NCBI GenBank assembly: GCA_018817905.1 | Contig: JAHISS010000087.1 | Coordinates: 985-64,984 of the forward strand | Length of the DNA: 64,000 nt | From: Nanobdellota archaeon | Lineage (GTDB): Archaea > Nanobdellota > Nanobdellia > Pacearchaeales > GW2011-AR1 | Direction of reading: 5' to 3' | Shown here: positions 9,189 through 17,974 of the stretch, in pieces | How the letters are laid out: the number at the start of each line of letters is the position of its first letter | Position numbering within the stretch: the stretch's first letter is position 1 | Translations under genes and position numbers: made by a program | The notes under the pieces: generated by a model | Told to the model about the DNA's origin: nothing | Database searches by the model: none | Seen by the model: only the letters and a program-made list of their open reading frames with translations

Positions 9189-9509
9189 TTATTTTCCGTG
9201 CCTCCTTAATACTGCGTCTCTTTCTGAATGTCCTTCATCCTTAGGGCCATAGCCCCTATCTCGATTCGGATGTAAAAACGTTACTTTTCCATTATGTATT
9301 GGGTAGGAAATAACATCAATTGCTTGAGTTCCAGGGACCCTTCTAAGAAATCTTGCTCTTTCCGAATGACTCCTATAATTTCCTTCATGTGTCTCACTAA
9401 AAAACAATTCCAATTCTGATCCTTGATCGGGCTGAACTAACACCCTATCTTCAGACACGAGGTTTCTTGCCTTTAACGTTTGGCTTGATTTTATTTCTAA
9501 AGTTGCCAT
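9189..9509 (-). CDS. hypothetical protein (106 aa) inserted between rps5 and rpl18
   Basis: Clean ORF exactly filling the 323-bp gap with 1-nt spacers; not Lys-rich; no r-protein match. Confidence 0.45.
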   Translation of the reverse strand: MATLEIKSSQTLKARNLVSEDRVLVQPDQGSELELFFSETHEGNYRSHSERARFLRRVPGTQAIDVISYPIHNGKVTFLHPNRDRGYGPKDEGHSERDAVLRRHGK

Positions 9510-9510
9510 T

Positions 9511-9984
9511 TTATAACTTTTCCTTTACCTCCTTAAAGATACTTTTAAGCTTTTCGTTAGCTTCAATTCTTTCTGTTTTTGGCAAGGTGCTTTCTTTATG
9601 CGGGATTTTCAAACCAGCGTCTATTGCTCCTTTTACAAGTGCGTAGATTCTTGAACCGTGAATGTTTCTGTTCAGACCGAAATCTAAAATCGCTTCGTTG
9701 ACTTTTGTCTTTATGTTTTTTACTAGGAGGAATCCGGTTAAGTAAGCGGCTGGAAGAGATTTCAAACTTCCTGATTTTTCTTTTGGCCAACCTTTTTCAA
9801 GGAGTTCCTGCGAGCTCGCCTTTGCTACAACTTTGTCCTGAGCTATTTGCGATTCAACAATCTGAGCGATAATGTAATGATTTGTTTTTCTTACGACTAA
9901 GCGCGGTTTTTCTGACTTCAACATTGTAAATCTTGCTTTGTAGTCTGTTTTTGCTTGTTTTCGGCGACGTTTTAGAGTTTTCAC
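9511..9984 (-). CDS. rpl18: 50S ribosomal protein uL18
   Basis: RRRKQAKTDYKARFTMLKSEKPRLVVRKTNHYIIAQIV. Confidence 0.85.
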   Translation of the reverse strand: MKTLKRRRKQAKTDYKARFTMLKSEKPRLVVRKTNHYIIAQIVESQIAQDKVVAKASSQELLEKGWPKEKSGSLKSLPAAYLTGFLLVKNIKTKVNEAILDFGLNRNIHGSRIYALVKGAIDAGLKIPHKESTLPKTERIEANEKLKSIFKEVKEKL

Positions 9985-10397
9985 TTTTCTTCCTCCTGCA
10001 TTTCAGCTAACCTTTCTTTCATGTGAGCCAAACTTCTGAAGTCTGAGGCCCGGATTTCTTTCCGCAATTTGTAATAATCTTCCAGCGAAATTTTCTTTCT
10101 CTTCTTCAAGTTTGAAAGATAAGTTCTTAATTTTCTCGTCATAGTAACATAATCTTGTTTTCTTGTCTTCACTGTTTTCTTTACTGAACCAGCACGTCTT
10201 CTTGTTTTTCTTTTTTTGATTTTTCTCCGTCCCTTTTTTTCCTCTATGAAAATCGCGCCAGATTCTTTCAAATCTTTCATGTCTTGTTTTGTTATTGCTT
10301 CTTTTAATTCTGCCAAGCGCGCGGTGTTGAAAGAGATTCTGTTCTTTCCTGTCTTTAACGCCCTTGCAGCTAACTCTTTTTTCTTTTCAAGTTTCAT
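9981..10397 (-). CDS. rpl19e: 50S ribosomal protein eL19
   Basis: KKELAARALKTGKNRISFN ... KKGRRKIKKRKTRRRAGSVKK. Confidence 0.9.
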   Translation of the reverse strand: MKLEKKKELAARALKTGKNRISFNTARLAELKEAITKQDMKDLKESGAIFIEEKKGRRKIKKRKTRRRAGSVKKTVKTRKQDYVTMTRKLRTYLSNLKKRKKISLEDYYKLRKEIRASDFRSLAHMKERLAEMQEEEK

Positions 10398-10696
10398 GCT
10401 GTCCCCCGATGTTGTTCGACGAATTCTGAAACTGTCTTAAATTCAGGATGTGTTTCAGGAATTCTGCTCGTTGAAGTAAGGGATGGTTCTAAAACATCTA
10501 AGCCCGATAAATTATAAACACTTCTTAAAAATGCTAACTGACCCTCCACTGGGACTGGTTTTGGATCAATTATTTCTACAACCGTTCCCTTGGTTTTATA
10601 CACTAATCCTTTTGGGATCCTTTGACAAAAAACTTTTTCTCCAGGGTGATAAGATCCTCTAACTTTCAGTTCCCTTGGTCTTGTTTGCGTTGTCAT
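10394..10696 (-). CDS. hypothetical protein (100 aa, starts MTTQT) inserted between rpl32e and rpl19e
   Basis: 4-nt ATGA overlaps on both sides; no r-protein match. Confidence 0.45.
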   Translation of the reverse strand: MTTQTRPRELKVRGSYHPGEKVFCQRIPKGLVYKTKGTVVEIIDPKPVPVEGQLAFLRSVYNLSGLDVLEPSLTSTSRIPETHPEFKTVSEFVEQHRGTA

Positions 10697-11043
10697 TTCT
10701 TCTCCCCCTTAACATTTAAAATTTTTATTTTCTTTTCAGTTGCTTCTTTTATAAGCTCCAACTTTTTCTTTGCTCCGACTTTTGCGAGAATTGCTCCCTG
10801 GTTTTTTCCCAAATCGTTTAGTTCTTTTCTGTTGTGGACTAAAACAACTTGGAGATTTTGGATTTTTCCTGCTTGTTTTTTTGGTTTTTTGTATCCAACT
10901 GAAACTGTTTTTGCATGACCATGCATGTTTAGCCTCATCTTACTGTCGCGGCCCTTTGGTCTTCGCCATTTTTGCAGTTTCTTTCTTCGCTTTCCGATTC
11001 TTGAATGTCTGTCTGCTTCCTGCCTGATGAATTTTTTTTTCAT
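10693..11043 (-). CDS. rpl32e: 50S ribosomal protein eL32
   Basis: RIGKRRKKLQKWRRPKGRDSKMRL ... HAKTVSVGYKKPK. Confidence 0.85.
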   Translation of the reverse strand: MKKKFIRQEADRHSRIGKRRKKLQKWRRPKGRDSKMRLNMHGHAKTVSVGYKKPKKQAGKIQNLQVVLVHNRKELNDLGKNQGAILAKVGAKKKLELIKEATEKKIKILNVKGEKK

Positions 11044-11585
11044 TATAATCCCCTCCCTGGTTTTGAAACCAAGTGAATACCGTCTTGGAAAATTCTTCGG
11101 TCCCTGCCTCGAACCTTGGTAGCTTTTTCAATATTTGCCATTGTTTTTCCTGCAGCTTCTCGGTCATTAGAAGAAATAGTTACCTTCTGCCCCTTAATTT
11201 GAACTTCGACATTTGGAAAAATTTTTGCATGTCTTGGAGTTTTCTCCCCTAAAAAATTGTTTATTGCGAGTTGATTTCCTTCGACTTTCAAAGTCATCGG
11301 AAAATGAACATTCACTGCCTCTAACTCGTAAACAAACTTCTCTCCTAAACCTCTAAAAAGATTTTTGATGTGCGCGATTTGCGACTTGATGATTTTGTAT
11401 TGGTTTTTGTTTCCTTTTTTACAACTGATGACAATTTCGTTTCCCTGAAGTTGTATTTCTATCTGCGGAATGTTCATATCTCTTGAAATTGAATCAGAAC
11501 CCTTTGTGCAAGTTAGTTTTTTATTTTCATAAGTGCAAGAAATGCCTTCGGGTATTTCAACTTTTTCTAGGATTTGGTGTTTCAT
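11043..11585 (-). CDS. rpl6: 50S ribosomal protein uL6
   Basis: Two-domain L6 pattern (IPEGISCTYENKKLTCTKG ... VQIKGQKVTISSNDREAAGKTMANI). Confidence 0.9.
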   Translation of the reverse strand: MKHQILEKVEIPEGISCTYENKKLTCTKGSDSISRDMNIPQIEIQLQGNEIVISCKKGNKNQYKIIKSQIAHIKNLFRGLGEKFVYELEAVNVHFPMTLKVEGNQLAINNFLGEKTPRHAKIFPNVEVQIKGQKVTISSNDREAAGKTMANIEKATKVRGRDRRIFQDGIHLVSKPGRGL

Positions 11586-11586
11586 C

Positions 11587-11952
11587 TTATGCTGCGCTCC
11601 TATCTTTCTTACAGGATAATTCTAAAACTGCTTGATAGGGTTTATAGAAACGTTCACGAACAATTTCAATTAATGGTTTGTAATAATCTGGAAAAACAGG
11701 TCTTTCTGTTTTTGGATTAATGCCATATTTTCTAAAATCTGATTGGGCCAAGGGCATGGCTTCAAAAGCTGTGTGATACTCTCTCATCAAAACGTTTGTT
11801 TTACCAGGGTTGCCAATTACCTGTTCTGCCCTGTCTAAATGTGTATGTATAAAATTTGCAACAACTAAAAATTTAGCCATGTCTCCGCTTATAGCCCGTT
11901 GTTCCCAAAGTTTTCCTATTGTGACAAGAGAAGGATTTAATTTTTTAGCCAT
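11587..11952 (-). CDS. hypothetical protein (121 aa) inserted between rps8 and rpl6
   Basis: 1-nt gaps on both sides; no r-protein match. Confidence 0.45.
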   Translation of the reverse strand: MAKKLNPSLVTIGKLWEQRAISGDMAKFLVVANFIHTHLDRAEQVIGNPGKTNVLMREYHTAFEAMPLAQSDFRKYGINPKTERPVFPDYYKPLIEIVRERFYKPYQAVLELSCKKDRSAA

Positions 11953-11953
11953 C

Positions 11954-12328
11954 TTAATAAAAATAAGCTATCAAGCTTCCTCCGATGTTTTTATCCTGGG
12001 CTGTTTGGTGAGTCATGAGTCCTTGCGATGTTGAAATGATTAAAAATCCGATGTTTTTTGCCGGCAGGTATCTCTTGACGTATTTTTCAATTTCGTCGAC
12101 TTTTACCATGAAGCGCGGCTTGATTGCGTTGCAGTTGTTTAATTTTCCAAGTTCAATCTTTAGGTTTGTTTTGTCGGTTTTGTAACTTTTTACATATCCT
12201 TTTAATTTCGCGATTGCTAAAACAGAACTGAGAAGTTTTGAATGTCTTTTTACTTCTACGATTTCCTTTCCAGCTCTTCGGATGTTCATCATCTGGTTTA
12301 GCGCGTCTGCTACTACATCTTGTGACAT
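11954..12328 (-). CDS. rps8: 30S ribosomal protein uS8
   Basis: MSQDVVADALNQMMNIRRAGKEIVEV ... GFLIISTSQGLMTHQTA. Confidence 0.9.
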   Translation of the reverse strand: MSQDVVADALNQMMNIRRAGKEIVEVKRHSKLLSSVLAIAKLKGYVKSYKTDKTNLKIELGKLNNCNAIKPRFMVKVDEIEKYVKRYLPAKNIGFLIISTSQGLMTHQTAQDKNIGGSLIAYFY

Positions 12329-12329
12329 T

Positions 12330-12560
12330 TTAACTATATTTTTTGAAGCCGATTTCTACTGCGATTTCTCGGAAGCAGTGTCGGCAGATGTTTAGATTAT
12401 ACTGATTGAGGTGAGCGCCGAAGCGACCGCATCTTTCGCATTTTCGCGCGGCGATTCCGGTCTTTCTTTCCTTCGGCTTGCAGTGCTTTAGGAACTTTTT
12501 CATAATTTCTGGTTTGTCCTTCAATTGCTTTGTTATTTTTTTCCAATCTGATGCTGTCAT
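12330..12560 (-). CDS. rps14: 30S ribosomal protein uS14 (type Z, zinc-binding); true start may be the internal Met at ~12503
   Basis: CERCGRFGAHLNQYNLNICRHCFRE is the CxxC...CxxC motif. Confidence 0.85.
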   Translation of the reverse strand: MTASDWKKITKQLKDKPEIMKKFLKHCKPKERKTGIAARKCERCGRFGAHLNQYNLNICRHCFREIAVEIGFKKYS

Positions 12561-12862
12561 ATTGTGTCTGCCTCCAAGATTTCCTTAAACCTTTCGAATA
12601 TTTCCATTTCTTTTTCTCCACGCAAACAGTCTGGGTGCATTGTATAAACACTATCATCTCCATTCCTACGCGATATTGTTGAGCCATCGAATAATAATTT
12701 AAAATGCGTGGTGCCGAAAACTTCGATTGATCCTTTGTTGTTGCCTGGTTTAATAAATTGATGATATGGGTATTCTCCATCAACATATTTGAATCTTTCT
12801 CCAGAAGGTCTGACTGGATACCATTCGCCCATTGCCAACTTTGGTTTTGTTTGTGTTGTCAT
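12557..12862 (-). CDS. hypothetical protein (101 aa, starts MTTQT) inserted between rpl5 and rps14
   Basis: 4-nt overlaps with its neighbours; no r-protein match. Confidence 0.45.
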   Translation of the reverse strand: MTTQTKPKLAMGEWYPVRPSGERFKYVDGEYPYHQFIKPGNNKGSIEVFGTTHFKLLFDGSTISRRNGDDSVYTMHPDCLRGEKEMEIFERFKEILEADTI

Positions 12863-13215
12863 ATTCTCCTTTGTTCACTCCTTTCAACCATGGCATACAA
12901 ATCTTGAAAGCCTATTGTTCCTTCTTCAATACCCTCACATGGACAGATTTTTCGGATGCTGAAATTACTCCCTTGATCCACTGCTGCCCAATATAGGCGA
13001 AGATATTTTTTGCGAAGTATCTTATCTGTTTGTGCGAATAGTGCTCTTGCCCCGTCTGTATCGGCCACGGTTCCAACATAGTTATATCTAACCCGCCTAT
13101 CTGGGGAAACTATTATATCTCCTTCATGTATAATGGTAATATCTATGAGGGGATTTGCTACTACTACCGCATGTTCACGATGAATTAATGGGGTTGCCGC
13201 TGTCATCTCACTCAA
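12859..13215 (-). CDS. hypothetical protein (118 aa) inserted between rpl5 and rps14
   Basis: Second of two tandem inserted ORFs in this slot; Ala/Val/Asp-rich. Confidence 0.45.
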   Translation of the reverse strand: MSEMTAATPLIHREHAVVVANPLIDITIIHEGDIIVSPDRRVRYNYVGTVADTDGARALFAQTDKILRKKYLRLYWAAVDQGSNFSIRKICPCEGIEEGTIGFQDLYAMVERSEQRRI

Positions 13216-13744
13216 CCTCTGTCTCGAAGTTTTCTTCGAGGAATTTAATTATTTCTTCAGGGGAAATTTTTTGTTTTTCTGGGAGTTTTCCTCTTTTGAT
13301 TTTTCTTCTCTTAACTCTTACTCCTGCTCTGATAAAACATGCAGTTACATTTAAACCTCTAATTCCAATTTCTCTTTGATATTCTATCCCGGGAATTTCA
13401 ATGTATTCATGGATTCCAAAAGAAAACGAGTTTTCTGCGATTTGCTTTTCGTCGAGCTCGTTGTCAACTGCGCCTAAAAGTTTTTTCAGGATTTCAAAAG
13501 CATGTTTTCCACGCAATGTCACTGATGTTCCAAGAGGTAAGTGCGGCTTCACTCCAAAGTCAGGAATTCTCCGCTTTGGTCCTGCCTTCATGATTTGCGC
13601 TTTTTTTCCTGAAATCATTTCCAAAAGTTTCTGCGACTTTTCAAGATTCGGACCTGTTGCTCCACAGCTAAGAACAACTTTCTCAAGTTTTACTTCTCTC
13701 ATTGGATTTTCTTTTTTTTCCTGGATTTGGGTTTGGGTTGTCAT
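13208..13744 (-). CDS. rpl5: 50S ribosomal protein uL5
   Basis: NPMREVKLEKVVLSCGATG ... EYIEIPGIEYQREIGIRGLNV; N-terminus MTTQTQIQ may be an extension. Confidence 0.9.
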   Translation of the reverse strand: MTTQTQIQEKKENPMREVKLEKVVLSCGATGPNLEKSQKLLEMISGKKAQIMKAGPKRRIPDFGVKPHLPLGTSVTLRGKHAFEILKKLLGAVDNELDEKQIAENSFSFGIHEYIEIPGIEYQREIGIRGLNVTACFIRAGVRVKRRKIKRGKLPEKQKISPEEIIKFLEENFETEVE

Positions 13745-14013
13745 CTTTGTCCTCCCGGACCTCTGAAATAAGCATTCGTAAATTGAATTAGTAAAATACT
13801 GTAAAGTCTCTCCATTGCATTAACTAAACCGAGATATGCCTCTTGATTCGGTGGCGATGCCAGGGTTCTTCTCATTTCTCCAAAACGTTGATTAATTCTG
13901 TCCCTTGCTGCGAAAAAACCTTTAATGTTATTTCCTTCTTCGGCATATCTTCTTTGTTCGCTTACATCTTTCAATACTTCTTCTGTGAAAGATGCGATTT
14001 TTGCTAAACTCAT
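13741..14013 (-). CDS. hypothetical protein (90 aa) inserted between rps4e and rpl5
   Basis: 4-nt overlaps on both sides; helical, Arg-rich. Confidence 0.45.
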   Translation of the reverse strand: MSLAKIASFTEEVLKDVSEQRRYAEEGNNIKGFFAARDRINQRFGEMRRTLASPPNQEAYLGLVNAMERLYSILLIQFTNAYFRGPGGQR

Positions 14014-14630
14014 AGCGCCACCACCTGCTGTCTTTCCAAAACAGTTTCTTTATCTTTGAGCTGTATCTTTGCCTTGCTTCCTTCGACAGAAATTATTTTT
14101 CCCTTGTTCCCAATATATTTTCCAGCAATTATGAAACAGTTCTTTGTTTTTTCCAAGGGAACGTGTTTTGTTATTTTTCCAGAAAAGTCGAGATAAACTG
14201 TGTCCTGCGTGTTTATTTTCCTGTCTTCTGAAAGAACGTTGGAACCGTCGTGCAAGTTCAATTGGGTTTTGTTTCCCTTTAATATTTTTTTGTCTATCAC
14301 TTTGCAGATTCTTTCCTTGTCTTTTGTTTTTTCAAATGTGAACTTTCCATTTGCCGTGAAAGTCAAAACATAAGATTCTCCTGCTTCGAAAACGTTGAAG
14401 AGCCGAATTGAATCTCTGTAATCTTTAATTTCTTTTCCGTTGAGTTTTAGCAATTTTTGTTTTATCATTTCTCTTACTTCTTTTGCTGTTGTCGCGAGGT
14501 TTAACATGTTCCGGACAGCTACGACGACGGGAACCGAGTTTTCCAAATCAACTAAAGACCTAGCTATGTATCTGGTTCCTTTTCTTTCTATTGGAATTTT
14601 TTTTGTTAGCTTAGCTCTTGTTTGGTACAT
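14010..14630 (-). CDS. rps4e: 30S ribosomal protein eS4
   Basis: S4e/KOW-containing pattern; operon position after L24. Confidence 0.9.
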   Translation of the reverse strand: MYQTRAKLTKKIPIERKGTRYIARSLVDLENSVPVVVAVRNMLNLATTAKEVREMIKQKLLKLNGKEIKDYRDSIRLFNVFEAGESYVLTFTANGKFTFEKTKDKERICKVIDKKILKGNKTQLNLHDGSNVLSEDRKINTQDTVYLDFSGKITKHVPLEKTKNCFIIAGKYIGNKGKIISVEGSKAKIQLKDKETVLERQQVVAL

Positions 14631-15021
14631 TTTTCTTTTCCTTTGATTTGTTTAAAGCAGATATTCTTTTTTTGTCTTCTAAGTTTAAAGTTTGAATCTG
14701 CAACGAACTTGGATGGAACCAGACGCTGACTTTTGTTCCGTCTTTTTTTGTCCGCTGGATGTTTTCCAAAGCAATTCTTGTTCTTTTCAAATCAATTGTG
14801 ATGACTTTTGCTTTTTTCTTCTTGAACGAACCGCGCATGACAAGCACTTCATCATTCTTCCTGATTGGAATGCTTTTCTTGCCGTGCTTTTTCCTTAATT
14901 CTTTTGAAAGCTGGGCGCTTAAAAACTTATGCTTTGTGTGAAGCGGCGCGTTAGCTAAGTATTTTCGCTGCTTGCGAGGCTGCTTCGAAGATTTCCATTG
15001 GGTTGAGAATTTGTTTTTCAT
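14611..15021 (-). CDS. rpl24: 50S ribosomal protein uL24 (KOW)
   Basis: IRKNDEVLVMRGSFKKKKAKVITID. Confidence 0.85.
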   Translation of the reverse strand: MKNKFSTQWKSSKQPRKQRKYLANAPLHTKHKFLSAQLSKELRKKHGKKSIPIRKNDEVLVMRGSFKKKKAKVITIDLKRTRIALENIQRTKKDGTKVSVWFHPSSLQIQTLNLEDKKRISALNKSKEKKNVPNKS

Positions 15022-15022
15022 T

Positions 15023-15322
15023 TTATGCTGCAGTCCCGCTACTTCTAATGAAATGACTAACTACTATAAGTTGGATTTCCAAGGCATTTTGAAGGTGCCC
15101 GTTAATTTCCCTTAAATGATTAACATTTGAAACATCTATGTTTTCGACAATGGCTAAGTGTTCACCAATTCTCTCATTATAATACCTTGCTCCCACTGTA
15201 TTACCAGATATTATTGCAGTCGCTAATTCATCTACGTAGCGCTTAAGAGCTTGGCTGGACCTTTTAGCCACTAAATAATTCCTTCTTTCAGAATCCTGAC
15301 TTAATCTAATTGTTGTATTCAT
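15023..15322 (-). CDS. hypothetical protein (~99 aa; the ORF extends to 15385 but the Met at 15322 abuts the rpl14 stop) inserted between rpl14 and rpl24
   Basis: Clean frame; the upstream part of the ORF overlaps rpl14, so the internal start MNTTIRL is preferred. Confidence 0.4.
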   Translation of the reverse strand: MNTTIRLSQDSERRNYLVAKRSSQALKRYVDELATAIISGNTVGARYYNERIGEHLAIVENIDVSNVNHLREINGHLQNALEIQLIVVSHFIRSSGTAA

Positions 15323-15323
15323 T

Positions 15324-15749
15324 TTACAAAACATACTGAGCAATCTTGGCGACAGATGGCCAACGCTCCTGAACCTCCCTTGCAACTGGACCTTTAATTT
15401 GAGTTCCTTTTGGATTGCCTTTGTCGTCTTTCATTAAGGCTACGGCGTTGTCTTCGAAGCAGACTCTCTCACCTGTTAGTCTCCGGTAAGGTTTCTTTTG
15501 GCGGATTACAACTGCATCAAACACTTGGCCTTTCATGTCCGGCTTTCCTTTTCTGACAGAGACTTTTACCCAGTCCGATATTTTAGCATACTGCTGTCTT
15601 TTCTTTGTTGTTTTTCCGCCTTTTACTCCTGTGATTCTGACAATTCTCGCGCCGCTGTTGTCTGAAGCAAGAACCTGACTGCCAATGTTTAAACCGCGCG
15701 TTGCTCTTGCACTAATCGCCTTTCCGAATATTTTTTTTGATTTTGTCAT
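15324..15749 (-). CDS. rpl14: 50S ribosomal protein uL14
   Basis: RGLNIGSQVLASDNSGARIVRITGVKGG ... GQVFDAVVIRQKKPYRR. Confidence 0.95.
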   Translation of the reverse strand: MTKSKKIFGKAISARATRGLNIGSQVLASDNSGARIVRITGVKGGKTTKKRQQYAKISDWVKVSVRKGKPDMKGQVFDAVVIRQKKPYRRLTGERVCFEDNAVALMKDDKGNPKGTQIKGPVAREVQERWPSVAKIAQYVL

Positions 15750-16057
15750 TATTCGATTTCCTCCAAAGCTTTCTTAATTAAAGGATAAAGCGGATGACGC
15801 CTGTTTGCCCAGTAATGATTGTGACTCTTCTGAACAGAAGAGAACGTTCCATTTGGAAAAAGGACAAAACTATAAACCGGAATACAGCCAATAGTGTGGA
15901 AATTCTCCGTGTCCACTACGATAAGACTCCCGTCTTCCATGCCTGCGTATCGTCCTTCTATCCCTGAAGCCTCTCCGATAACTACATTATCTCCAATCTT
16001 AGTGTTTCTCGCATCTTCTGCTGTTCTTACTAACAATGCGGGTCTTCGTGGACTCAT
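15749..16057 (-). CDS. hypothetical protein (102 aa) inserted between rps17 and rpl14; weak Sm/Rpp29-like flavour only
   Basis: IGDNVVIGEASGIEGRYAGMEDGSLIVVDTEN loosely recalls the barrel region of RNase P Rpp29, which normally sits between SUI1 and S17 (a slot empty here). Very tentative. Confidence 0.4.
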   Translation of the reverse strand: MSPRRPALLVRTAEDARNTKIGDNVVIGEASGIEGRYAGMEDGSLIVVDTENFHTIGCIPVYSFVLFPNGTFSSVQKSHNHYWANRRHPLYPLIKKALEEIE

Positions 16058-16398
16058 TCTCCCCCTCCCTCTTTTTTCCTAATCTTCTCAACAACAATGA
16101 AATGAATCATCTTGCTCAATGGCCTGCATTCCTGGACTTTGATTAAATCACCAATATGGATTTCATGGGCAAGTTCTTCTGGCAAACGGGCGTGGATTCT
16201 TGTTTTCTTTTTGAGAAAGCGCTCGTATTTTTTAATTTTAACTGTGCGCTCGAATTCTATGGCGACTCGGGTTGGGAATTTCCTTGTGACAACTCCTTGA
16301 AAAATCCTGCCGCGGGTTGAGACTTTAGTTCTGACTAAGTTTTCTGTTTTCTTTTTTGTGGATTTCTCTATCTGTTTTTTCTTTGACGTTTCTGTCAT
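16054..16398 (-). CDS. rps17: 30S ribosomal protein uS17
   Basis: GRIFQGVVTRKFPTRVAIEFERTVKIKKYERF. Confidence 0.9.
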   Translation of the reverse strand: MTETSKKKQIEKSTKKKTENLVRTKVSTRGRIFQGVVTRKFPTRVAIEFERTVKIKKYERFLKKKTRIHARLPEELAHEIHIGDLIKVQECRPLSKMIHFIVVEKIRKKEGGGE

Positions 16399-16424
16399 TT
16401 TCTCTTTGCTTTGCGATGTGCGAG

Positions 16425-16721
16425 TTAATCGCTGATGGACTCTTCGGGAAAGCCTAGCTTCACAAGAATCGGCCGGAGCTTTTTCTTGTGGTCGCCTTGC
16501 AGTTCGATGACGCCGTTTTTAGACGTGCCGCCGCATGCCAGTTCTTCTTTCAGGCGTTTTCCTGTTGCCTTGATGTCCACGTGTTTGTCAAACCCCTCGA
16601 CAAGTGTTATTTTTTTTCCGTATCTCCTTGTCTCGGTGCGCACTTTTATGTGCTGTTCGCTTTTAGCGATTTCTTCAAACACATCGGTTTCTGTTGGTAA
16701 ACCGAATTCGTTTGAATCCAT
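16425..16721 (-). CDS. translation initiation factor SUI1 / aSUI1 (eIF1 homolog)
   Basis: IKVRTETRRYGKKITLVEGF ... LKEELACGGTSKNGVIELQGDHKKKL. Confidence 0.9.
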   Translation of the reverse strand: MDSNEFGLPTETDVFEEIAKSEQHIKVRTETRRYGKKITLVEGFDKHVDIKATGKRLKEELACGGTSKNGVIELQGDHKKKLRPILVKLGFPEESISD

Positions 16722-16942
16722 TATTTCTTTTTCAACCCATCCTCTTTCAAGGATTTGTTGAATTTTTCTGATTTCATGAATGTATTTAATCGTGAAATTG
16801 CCCTTTTAATCTCTTTGGTTTTAGCATTTGTCTTGTTTGCAGCGACATTTGCTCTGACCAGTTCCATTTTCAAATCTTTTAACTTGCTATCTCTCTCCCT
16901 TGCTGTCATCTTTGCTATTTCTTTTGATTTTAGGATTGCCAT
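16721..16942 (-). CDS. rpl29: 50S ribosomal protein uL29
   Basis: MAILKSKEIAKMTARERDSKLKDLKMELVRANVA. Confidence 0.85.
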   Translation of the reverse strand: MAILKSKEIAKMTARERDSKLKDLKMELVRANVAANKTNAKTKEIKRAISRLNTFMKSEKFNKSLKEDGLKKK

Positions 16943-16948
16943 TTTATG

Positions 16949-17254
16949 CTATTGAACCTCCCCAGGTATATTACTTCTCCTTCTTAGTTCAGTTAATTCT
17001 TGTTCTAACTCTCCTAATGAAGACATCAATTCTACTCTCATTTGACTGGGCGCTTTTTGTGATAAATGATCTGTGGGAATGCAGGGAAGTTCTTGGCTAA
17101 TGAATTGATACACCTCTACATCCAAACTTGCCAATTGGTCAAGGAGTCCTGAATATCCTGGCAAGCCAACAGTTTGAACACCTTGCACTCTCTTTGTAAG
17201 ACTCTGGGTTTGTTTATAGAGTTCTTCGTATACTTCTCGGCCTTGTGCAATCAT
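16949..17254 (-). CDS. hypothetical protein (101 aa) inserted between rps3 and rpl29
   Basis: 4-nt overlap with the rps3 start codon region; helical, Gln/Leu/Glu-rich. Confidence 0.45.
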   Translation of the reverse strand: MIAQGREVYEELYKQTQSLTKRVQGVQTVGLPGYSGLLDQLASLDVEVYQFISQELPCIPTDHLSQKAPSQMRVELMSSLGELEQELTELRRRSNIPGEVQ

Positions 17255-17973
17255 TCTTTTTCCTCCTCAACTTTCTTAGGCGCTTTCTTTTTGACTGTCT
17301 TCTTATCTGTCTTTTTCTTAACTTCGGTTTCTTCTTGCTGGTTCATTTCTTCTAAAGTAACCTTTATTTTTTGTCTGAGAGCTTCATCAATTTTTATTTG
17401 GTCGTGAAGTTCTGCTTCTGGTCTGAGAATAGCGACTTTGACACCGACAACTCCGGCGATTGTTGTTGCCTGGCTTTGGGCCCTGTTGACTACTTTTGCG
17501 GTATCGCCGGTTTTTTTCAAATAACCCTGGGTGAATCTCCAGGTTCTGGCTCTGTCGCTTGGCAGTTTTCCTGACAAAACAATTTCTGTTCCTAAAGCTC
17601 CTGCTTTCATTATCTGTTGTAATGTTCTGTAAGCGATAACTTTGAATTTTAATGAGCCTCTTCTTTCAAGTAACAAAGCGATGTCATCTGCAACTAATTG
17701 CGCGTCAAGCACTGGCTGCGTAATTTCTACAATTTCAATGTGCGGATTGTCGAGGTTGAATCTTTTTTTAAGTATTCTTGTCAGCTCGTCTATTTTTTCG
17801 CCTTTCCTTCCAATTACTAATCCTGGACGCGAAGTGAAAACTTTTATTTTTTCTCCTACTGGCGTATACTCAATGCTGACGTCGCTGATTTTTCCCTTCC
17901 CCAAACTATTTTTGATGTAATCTCTTACTCTGAACTCATCTTTCTTAAACGCGACAAATCTTTTTTCTTCCAT
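17251..17973 (-). CDS. rps3: 30S ribosomal protein uS3
   Basis: KH domain (GRKGEKIDELTRILKKRF) plus S3 C-terminal domain. Confidence 0.95.
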   Translation of the reverse strand: MEEKRFVAFKKDEFRVRDYIKNSLGKGKISDVSIEYTPVGEKIKVFTSRPGLVIGRKGEKIDELTRILKKRFNLDNPHIEIVEITQPVLDAQLVADDIALLLERRGSLKFKVIAYRTLQQIMKAGALGTEIVLSGKLPSDRARTWRFTQGYLKKTGDTAKVVNRAQSQATTIAGVVGVKVAILRPEAELHDQIKIDEALRQKIKVTLEEMNQQEETEVKKKTDKKTVKKKAPKKVEEEKE

Positions 17974-17974
17974 T

